NCBI GenBank assembly: GCA_001724265.1
Contig: MEDY01000126.1
Span: 51,443 to 71,442, forward strand
Length of the DNA: 20,000 nucleotides
From: Rhizaria sp. SCN 62-66
Lineage: Eukaryota
Direction of reading: 5' to 3'
How positions within the stretch are numbered: the stretch's first letter is position 1; every line of letters starts with the position of its first letter. Made by a program: the position numbers and the translations under genes. Below, one piece after another: positions 1-7,700 of this stretch. The notes beneath the pieces were generated by a model that saw nothing but the letters and a program-made list of their open reading frames with translations, did not search any database and was not told where the DNA came from.

Positions 1-723
1 TATGCTTTGATGCCGACCCTTGACGCGAAGTTCGGCTCCGGCGACGTGGCCGAGGACGAGGATGACGGCCACGGCCTCAAGGGCGGGTTCAAGAAGAAGC
101 CCCGCCGTGGCGATGACGACAACGACGAGAACGGCGACGGCGACGGTGGCCGTGGAGGCGGCCGTGGAGGCCGCGGCGGCTTCGGGCGCGGCGGCCGCGG
201 CGGCCGCGGTGGCTTTGGCCGCGGCGGCCGTGGCAGCAGCCGCGGCGACTCAGACTCTCGCTCAGACTCTAGCGCTGGCGCTGGCGCTGGTTCTAGCGAA
301 GACCGCGGTCGCAAGCGCTCGTTTAAGGACGCCAACGGCGGCGGCAGCGGTGATCGTGACGGCGGTGGCAGCGGCGGTCGCGGCGGCTTCCAGGCCAAGC
401 GCGGCCGCGGCGGCAGCTCCAGCGGCGGCTTCGGCGGCGGCCGCGGCGGCGGCTCGGGCGGCCGCGGCGGCGGCTCGGGCGGCCGCGGCGGCGGCGGCTT
501 TAGTCGCGGTGGCAGCAGTCGCGGCGGCAGCAGTCGCGGCGGCGGCGGCTTCAGCCGCGGTGGCGGCGGCAACAGTCGCGGTGGTGGCTTTGGCGGCGGG
601 CGCGGCGGCGGCCGTGGCGGCAGCAGTCGCGGCGGCGGCGGTGGCAGCGGTCGGTCGGGCAATAGCGCGCGTTTCGCCGCGAATAACAGTGGACGTATCG
701 GTGGCGTCGCTAAGAAGCGGTGA
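1..723 (+). CDS. 3' end (5'-truncated) of a protein with a long RGG/GAR-rich C-terminal tail; probably RNA-binding or nucleolar
   Basis: Frame is open from base 1 (YALMPTLDAKFG...) to TGA at 721-723. An acidic/basic linker is followed by many RGG/FGRGG/SRGG repeats and a basic end (..GGVAKKR). GC-rich codons give way to AT-rich 3' sequence. The folded domain lies outside the window, so the family cannot be assigned. Confidence 0.8.
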   Translation, partial: YALMPTLDAKFGSGDVAEDEDDGHGLKGGFKKKPRRGDDDNDENGDGDGGRGGGRGGRGGFGRGGRGGRGGFGRGGRGSSRGDSDSRSDSSAGAGAGSSEDRGRKRSFKDANGGGSGDRDGGGSGGRGGFQAKRGRGGSSSGGFGGGRGGGSGGRGGGSGGRGGGGFSRGGSSRGGSSRGGGGFSRGGGGNSRGGGFGGGRGGGRGGSSRGGGGGSGRSGNSARFAANNSGRIGGVAKKR

Positions 724-1021
724 ATATGAAGTAGAAAGACTGAAACAATCGACGTTTTGTTGTGACGTTGTAGTGTTGTAATCACTGGTCATCGTGCGGA
801 ACTGGCTTAATGAGTGCGTGAAGCGTGGAGGCCAGCTGTGGTTTGCGCTATCCTATTATTTCTACGTTATTCTTAATATAAAAGACTTAGTTGAAACCTG
901 AATGATGCTCTTTTATGATATGTTGCTTGTTTATCGAAGCAAAGAGGTGTGGTGGCTCGTTGAGTGACCTTTGGCGAGTGCATTGCGGAGGAGCTGTGAG
1001 CGGCAGGACGAGGGGGTGAAT

Positions 1022-1030
1022 AAAAAAAAA
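1022..1030 (-). terminator. Candidate Pol III oligo-T terminator
   Basis: T9 on the minus strand, 4 nt after the CCA of the tRNA-like element. Confidence 0.35.
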
Positions 1031-1034
1031 GAGT

Positions 1035-1202
1035 TGGGAGATGTGCGAGAGTTGAACTCGGGTCCACGAGAAGCAAAAATATAAAAATATAAACTCGCTA
1101 TTCGTATAGAAAAGCGAATTAATATCCCTAAAAAACCAAATTTTAATTATTTATATCTCTTAAAAAATCTAATAAAACTTCACTTTATTCAGTCAACATC
1201 TC
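1035..1202 (-). ncRNA. tRNA/tmRNA-like structured element, non-canonical; possible Pol III ncRNA or tRNA/tmRNA relic
   Basis: Minus strand: GAGATGT (1202-1196) pairs perfectly with ACATCTC (1044-1038), followed by CCA (1037-1035). T-arm CCGAG-TTCAACT-CTCGC (1061-1045) lies directly before it. TG plus a D-arm-like ACT..AGT follows the 5' strand. A 20-bp internal hairpin spans 1130-1082 and a T9 run lies at 1030-1022. No valid anticodon arm. Confidence 0.5.
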
Positions 1203-1744
1203 TATTTTACCATGTTGTAACGTTATAATCAGTTAAACTCAAACATTTCTTAGAAAAGTAAGATGGGAATCTGAGCATTTTTTATTTTCACACATATTCT
1301 TTATCAAAGTATATGTACGTATACAGATGCACAAAAAAACAGCAACAGAGGAACAAAAGAGTGATTGAAAGCATTGTTTTATTGAGTATCTACGTAGTTT
1401 TAAACAAACAAAGAAGACCGCATGCGTGCTAAGAGCGACAAACTAACTCATCGTCTTTTGTTCTCTTGTCGATGCCATGACTGGTATCAAAATACAGTCA
1501 CTGGCTTGACACAGCAGTGTTGGAGTTCCAGGCCACAGCGAAACATCATCATGACGTTCCTAAAAAGCCTCCTCGATCTTCCTTATCTTACTGATTCAGT
1601 TTCCGAATGAGTATTCCATATTTTTTGTTTTTGTCATTATTGATATCATACTATTATCATAATTTCTTCGCATAGCCCAGCGTTTCCACCGATTCAGTTC
1701 ACTAACATCATGTAAACCGTAAACAGCATAACTGAACCCATTCT

Positions 1745-3008
1745 TTACAGCGCACCAGCGACAGGCGCCGCTGCCGCCTGCGCCGCCGCCGGGGCGGCCG
1801 CCGTGGCAGTTCCGCCGAGCGTGGACACGGTCTGCCACTGCCCGTCGGCCTGCTGATGCCACAGCGACACGGTGTTGTCGCCCTGCGCCACAGCGAGCAC
1901 ATCCCCCATGAGCGACCAGGACACGCGCCACGGCCGCTGCGGGAAGGCGATGGACTTGGCGACGCGCCAGGTGCCCGCGGCGTCCTCGGCCCAGATGCGG
2001 ACCGTCTTGTCCTCCGAGCACGACGCGAAGCAGGAAGACGTGAGGCCCAGAGAGGGCGCCCACGCGACGTCGCGGACCCAGTCGCCATGGGTCTGCTTCC
2101 CCTCGTGGAACGAGGTGACTTCGACCCAGCGCGTGGCGGCGCCCTCGGCGGGGGGCTGGTGCGGGTGCGCGAGGAGCCAGAGACGGACGGCGTTGTCGCA
2201 ACCGCCCGAGACGAGGCGCAGCGCCGGAACAGCGGCATCAGCGGCGTTGTTGTTGTTGTTACTGCTGTTGTTAGGGTCGGCGTGAAGTGCGGGAGCCCAG
2301 GAGACGGAGGAGACGCCGCCGGAGTGGGCTGGAATAACCTCGCAGGCCCAGGTGTTGTCGAGCTGGTGCGTCCAGATGGAAATGTTTCCATCCGAGGAGC
2401 CCGCCGCGAGGATCAAACCGAGGGAGTGAGGAGCGAACGCGATCGAGTTGACGGAGGCGTCGTGGCGGTCGTCCTCCCAGAGCTTGCCCCACACGCCGGG
2501 GGCCTGCTCCTTCCAGACGATAATCTTGCTGTCGTAGCCGCACGAGGCGAGGATGGGGCCGTATTTGGGGTGCGCCCAGGCCACCTGCCAGACGGGACCT
2601 TGGTGACCGAGGAGGGAGGCGAGGGGCGTGTGGTCGCCGGTCGGGGAAACTTCGAAGATTTTGATCGAGTGGTCGGAGGAGGCAGTCGCCAGGCGATTGC
2701 CGTAGTAGTTCAGCTGAGCATCGTGCTGTGAGAGAGAGGAATTGCAGTGCAAAGCAACAAGAAAGCAAGTGACGAAAAGAGTAGAGTGGAAACGAGGGCG
2801 AGGGAAGAGAGAATAGAAAGATATTGTGTGCAGGGGAGAAACAGTGTGAAGGAGTGTGAGTATGTGCTAAAGATAGATGTTGACGTGAGTGATAACATAA
2901 GTGAAGGGAATTTAGATTGCGTGTAATTGTAGAGCGTGAGAGAGGAGAAGGGGAACGTACAACCATGTCCTGATGACCAGACTCAAACACAACGGGCGAG
3001 GACGCCAT
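1745..3008 (-). CDS. SEC13: Protein transport protein SEC13 (WD40; COPII coat, Nup84/107 complex, GATOR2); exons 3008-2961 and 2725-1745, 342 aa
   Basis: Spliced product reads MASSPVVFESGHQDMV|HDAQLNYYGNRLATASSDHSIKIF...GHQGPVWQVAWAHPKYGPILASCGYDSKIIVWKE...HDASVNSIAFAPH...HGDWVRDVAWAP...WRVSWSLMGDVLAV, all hallmark Sec13 motifs. Stop TAA at 1747-1745. Confidence 0.97.
2726..2960 (-). other. SEC13 spliceosomal intron (235 nt, phase 0)
   Basis: GTACGT donor at 2960, pyrimidine-rich body, ...CTCTCTCACAG acceptor at 2726. Splicing restores the GHQDMV-HDAQL motif. Confidence 0.93.
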
Positions 3009-3457
3009 TGCGGTTTCTACAAAGCGCGCCAAGAAAAGAGAAAGCAAGGACAGAGTGAAAAATACAATCAAATATCGTGTGGCAAAGAAACGAAGCGAAA
3101 AGACTGTTGTTGCGGCCTATAGAGGAGCGAAAGGAGGGGCTGACCGTGTGCCTGACTCAGCGCTTGGCCAAGGGAGGAAACGCCAGTGTGAATCTCGGAC
3201 AAGCAGACAATTCCAGATGCGCAAAAAATAACAACTCGCAATAAAAACAAACGCCAAGGGCCTCTCAGCAAAGATGACAACTCCTGTCGGATTCTATAGC
3301 GCTCTGCGAGCTGCTTGATTCGTTGCCTTCAAGACGAGCCAGCGAGAGCCAGTGCAGAGTTCGACAGCCAAGGAGTCGGCTGGTGACTGTGGTCAGCTCG
3401 GTCCGATCAAAGTTAGGTCGGTGCGGGCGGAGTGATTGCTGGCTGAAGTCGAGAGCC

Positions 3458-3562
3458 AACTTCTAAAGAGGTTTACACCATGTTCCCGGTGTGCAATAGC
3501 GGATTTTTGCTATTGCTCGATTTCTAAATGCAGTGAAGAGTATTCACTGTTTATTAGAAGCT
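3458..3562. repeat. 105-bp multi-hairpin segment with imperfect 9-bp terminal inverted repeats, flanked by 7-bp direct repeats (MITE-like or structured promoter)
   Basis: GAGAGCC (3451-3457) | AACTTCTAA ... TTAGAAGCT | GAGAGCC (3563-3569). Internal stems ACACC/GGTGT, GCAATAGC/GCTATTGC and CAGTGAA/TTCACTG. Confidence 0.35.
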
Positions 3563-3570
3563 GAGAGCCG

Positions 3571-3960
3571 TCTTTGTTCCCTACCAAAGGTACGTCCCCC
3601 GATCCGCTCGGCTCGCTCTCTCTTCTCCGCGTTTGATTTCGACGATTTCCTTGCTGCAGCAGCGTCTTCCCGGCGTCTGGTGGTGCTCGGCTTTCGTCCC
3701 TTCACAAATGATGAAAACTTCTCTTGGCTGTCTAAACTTCCGTGTTGATAACCACTGGTTTCGCAACTATATTCTGAGTGTCAATTCAAACCCTTCACTT
3801 CTCCCAAACCCTCGACACACAATTCGAACCCATTTCTCACACGATATATCTATTTTCTGCTTCTTTTTCTTCTTTAGTTATCTACTTTGCGTGGAGAGCA
3901 AACTATTTTGAGCTAACGTGAACCTCTAAGGTCATGTTATGCTTTGCTCGCAGTTTCATC
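3571..3960 (+). ncRNA. Putative spliced non-coding snoRNA host transcript (intron 3590-3877; outer ends approximate)
   Basis: AAG|GTACGT donor at 3590, the same hexamer as the SEC13 and RPL5 donors. Long pyrimidine tract plus TAG acceptor ending 3877. Pyrimidine-rich TCTTTGTTCCCT just upstream. The two nearest upstream ATGs reach stops before the donor, so there is no credible spliced ORF. Confidence 0.6.
3703..3780 (+). ncRNA. Box C/D snoRNA, SNORD53/plant snoR37-like, predicted to guide LSU rRNA 2'-O-methylation at the C in ACAG[C]CAAG
   Basis: Terminal stem CAC/GTG; box C ATGATGA 3708-3714; guide TTCTCTTGGCTGT 3719-3731; D' CTAA 3732-3735; C' GTGTTGA 3742-3748; TGGTTTCGC 3756-3764; box D CTGA 3774-3777. 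Both antisense elements complement the conserved LSU segment GCGAAACCACAGCCAAGGGAA. Confidence 0.9.
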
Positions 3961-4327
3961 AATGTTTTTTTATTGTCGCTGTGTTGATGCTAACTTGCAG
4001 TCGCGTGTCTAGTGTCCACCAAGCTTGCGTGTTGCACAAAGACGCTGCTGTATCTAGCTGCTGCATTATTACTAGCATTCGTTTCACTTGCACGCACGTG
4101 CTAAGGCCAACGCTGTAGGCTGCTATGATAGTCCAACATATCCTTGAGCCATGAGTTGGATGTTATCTTTTTCTTTTGTTTGCGACAATACACGTCGTAC
4201 TTTGAAACTAAACAACACTTCGTGATCCAATCTTTGCACATACATTTTTGTACAATTAAATTCACGCGAGGTACACTCGCTCAAAAGAGTTGTCAAAGCG
4301 ACTTACACGTCCCCAACTTTCAACATA

Positions 4328-4357
4328 AGCTTATCGTTTTCGAGCTTATCGTTTTCG
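4328..4357. repeat. Perfect tandem duplication of AGCTTATCGTTTTCG (2 x 15 bp)
   Basis: Seen directly in intergenic sequence. Confidence 0.9.
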
Positions 4358-4733
4358 TATTCGAGTGATGATATTGAATTGAAGTTGTCGATTTATTCTT
4401 GCGTTCTGTTTCGTATGGACAAAACCGTCACTATGTCATCGTATTCTTTTCTCTTTTAAGCACAACTGTTGTGTTTAAAGGCGGAGTATCTTATCTTAAA
4501 TAGTACACGTACTACCACCAACACACGAGTGTTATCGTGATCTTTCTTATTTCTACTGAACTGGGCTATTTAAACGTAAAACAATATACATCCTATACAT
4601 AAAGTACTGTGTGATTCTTATTGCGATTCTTCTTCTCTCCCTCTCAAAGCAAAACAACAAACAAAAACAGACGCCAAGTGCACGTCCAATACTGTACGCT
4701 TGCTTGTTTACAGATACTTGTTGTGAAGCTGAC

Positions 4734-7700
4734 TCACTGCTGCTGAGGCTGCTGCTTTTCAGCGGCCTTTTGCACTGCCGCAGCCCTCCCGGCCCGCGCC
4801 GCAAGCGTGGCCCTCACCGCAGCGATTGTGTTGTCTACGACGGCGGCCGAGTCACCCCCGCGTCCCACGAGGGCCGCGTGCAACACCGACGTCACACTGT
4901 CACACGCCGCCGCGTTTGACTCAGACTCTAGTCCAGTGACAGTGGCACTGTCAATGGACGTGGGCGGCGGGTCAGCGGCGGTGGCAAAACGGACGAGGCT
5001 GTTATGCGCTGCATCTGAGGCAGCGACGGAGGCGACAAGCGCAGCCCACGGGACTGTGGAGTTGGACTTGGCTCCCTGGGAACCAATGACAGCGCCGAAT
5101 TCGAACATTTCACGCTTTGCACCGGTTTCAAGCACGCTCGACACACGGCTCCCGGCGGTGAAAACCTTCCCAGTGCCGAGGATGACGACCCCGGCAGCTG
5201 TATTCGCACCCTCGCCATTCGTCGCGCGCACAGTCGCCCTTGCAGAGTCGCTATCACCAATCGCGGCAGCAGCAGCAGCAGCAGCGGGCACGTTTCCAGC
5301 GGAGTTGCTGCCGTTCGCGGCCGCGGCCGCAGAGGAATCGGCGCCATTACTCCCAGCATTGCTGTTGTGTGCACTTTTTGTGGTCGAGAGCGAGCTCGTT
5401 GTGAGCGCCGCCTTCGTGCGGAGATTCTGCAGTGTCTTTGTCGTGCCTCCGTAGTCCTCATCGTCGCCGTCGTCAAGCGCGCCGAACAGGTCGTCCGCGT
5501 CGTCGTTGCCCGCCAGGCTGAGAGTCATTTGGGCCCGCAGCGCGGCGGCGGCGGCGGCGGCAGCGCCCTCGAGTTTGGGGCGGGAGTCCGAGCCCACGCT
5601 GTGGTGGCGCTGAGGGCGGCGGGTGACTGCGGTCAGCGACTCCGCGTCCAGCGTCCGGTGCTTGGACGCCAAAGACGCCGTGATGTTGAGGTGAGACGGG
5701 ATGCCGCCGTTTGAGGTCGCGGTTGCGGAGGGGGTGGCCGAGTTGAGAAGTCCGGCGGCGGCGGCGGCGCGGACGTTGTTGTTGCTGCTGCTGCTGCTAC
5801 TGCTGCTGCTGATGTTGCCGCCGCCACCGGCCGCGTTGTTGCCGCTATGGATCAGGTGGGCTGTCGGGGTGAAACCAGAGCCAAACCCACCGAAACCGCC
5901 GCTGGCGAAGCCGCCACCGTTGAAGCCGGCGGCAGTGCCAGTGCTGACTGCAGCCCAGGACATGCTGTCAGAGCCCCCGCCGTCGGCGTCGGTGTCGCCA
6001 CTGGCGCTCGCGCCGGTGGCCGCCCCCGCATGGCTACTATGGAGGAAGCCGGCGTTGTTGTTGTTGCGACCCTTGTTGTTGCTGCTGCTGCCGCTTTTGC
6101 TGAGGTTCGTGATGTTGCCATAGGCGCTGCTGCCGCCAGCGGTGCTCCCGCTGCCGCGCCCGCCGCCGCCGCCGCCGTTGCCGCCGCCGCCGAAGCCGGA
6201 CTGCGAATGCGACTGCGACTGGGAGCCTGAGCCTGAGCCGCCGGCGGATGTGGTTGATGGACCGGGGATATGGTCAATGTTCAACGGATAGCCGCCGGGG
6301 GAAAGTAAGCCGCCAGCGCCCGCGGAAGTTAAGCCGCTAGCGCCGATGATGGCTGCCGTAACGGCGGAATTTAAGCCGCCACTGGGCAAAGTACGAGAGT
6401 TGCCGGCGCCGGAGCCGGAGCCAGTTGAGCGGTGACTACCGCTAGACAGGCCGTTGCGCTTATTCGTGTTGACATTCAACATCGTAGTGTGATTGTTGTT
6501 GTTGTTATCGAGAGAAGCGTCATTGTTATTGCTATTGTTGTTGTTGGGATGGCTAGGGTTGCGGCGCGGGGGCGGTAGCGGATCACCATCAACGTTCACG
6601 ACATCATCCGTCTCGTTGAACTCGACGAGGTCGTCGGAGTCAAGCCGCATCTGGTGCGGGAAGTTCGGCCGCATCAGACCAGCGGGGCCGCCACTCTGCT
6701 GCTGCTTTTGCTGCTGCAGAGCGGCAGCGCCAGCACCGGTGTGGGTGTTAGCGGTGGCCTCACTAGCGTCCTTGCAAGCGTTGTTGTCAAAAGCGAGAGT
6801 GACGCCGTTAGCGACACCGCTGCTGTTGTTGTTGCTGCTGATGTTCGCAGTGTTGTTGCTGTTGTTGTTGTGCAGCTCGTGGGCGTCAATGACCGCGGTG
6901 ATGTCTAAATCACCGTAGTTTTCCTCATCATCATCGCCGTTACCGTTACCGTTCGGCTTCGCACTGCCACTATTGTTGTTGGCAATTGTAGTAGCAGTTG
7001 TTGTGGCAGCAGTGGCAGCGGCAGCGGCCGTGTTTTCGCTAAAATCCTCAATATCATCAAGACCCCCAAAGTCATCGTCACCAATGTTCTTCCCAGCAGC
7101 CGCAGCAGCAGCACTTGCACTGTCACCCTTGTCGCCGACCGCCTGCTGGCCCCCCGCCTGCTCACTATGGGCCGGCGCGACCGCGCGCATCAGCGTCTCG
7201 CGCATCGCAGCATCATCCGGAGCAGTGATGCGGAACAGACCTGCGCGTTGCTGTGAGATCGTGACTCCAGCACCACCCGCGGCCGCGCTGGCGGCGGTGT
7301 GGAGAGCTGCTGCGGCGGCGGCAGCGGCAGCAGCGGCGGCGGCGGCGGCGGTGTGGTCACTGTCTTCGTCGTCCTCGCCGTTGCCAAAGCCGTCCGTGTC
7401 GACGTCGTTGTCATTGTTCTTGTTGTTGTTCTTGCTGTTGTTGTTGACAGTAATGTTATCGTTGTCGCAGGCCGAGGCAAAGGCGGCGCGCGCGGCGGCA
7501 ACAGCAGGGTCCATCACATTCGTGCCATCGCCGGTGTTGTCGTCGTCGTCATCGCCGATGGAGAAGCCACTCTCACTGCCACTGCCACTGGCGCTGGGAG
7601 CATTCGCGTTGACATCAGCAGCTCTCGGCTTGCGCTGCTGCAGTTGCTGCTTGTTGTTCGCCGCAGTCTCAGCGTTTTTGTCGTAGAGCGCAGTGGCCGC

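Noticed and set aside
1126-1137. CCCTAAAAAACC as a telomerase-template-like sequence on the plus strand
   Set aside because: Would imply an unusual T6AG3 repeat, the telomere sequence is unknown, and the structural evidence favours the minus strand.
1035-1203. tRNA-Sec reading of the tRNA-like element (4-bp T stem, possible 9-bp acceptor)
   Set aside because: Only 7 of 9 acceptor pairs, no long D stem and no UCA anticodon arm.
4365-4371. GTGATGA box C-like motif suggesting a second snoRNA
   Set aside because: No CTGA box D within about 180 nt, no terminal stem and no rRNA complementarity recognised.
4732-4737. Perfect GTGAGT donor overlapping the TGA stop of the 1447-aa ORF
   Set aside because: Downstream sequence is AT-rich with no convincing YAG acceptor followed by a coding-like exon; the stop is kept, though RNA-seq could overturn this.
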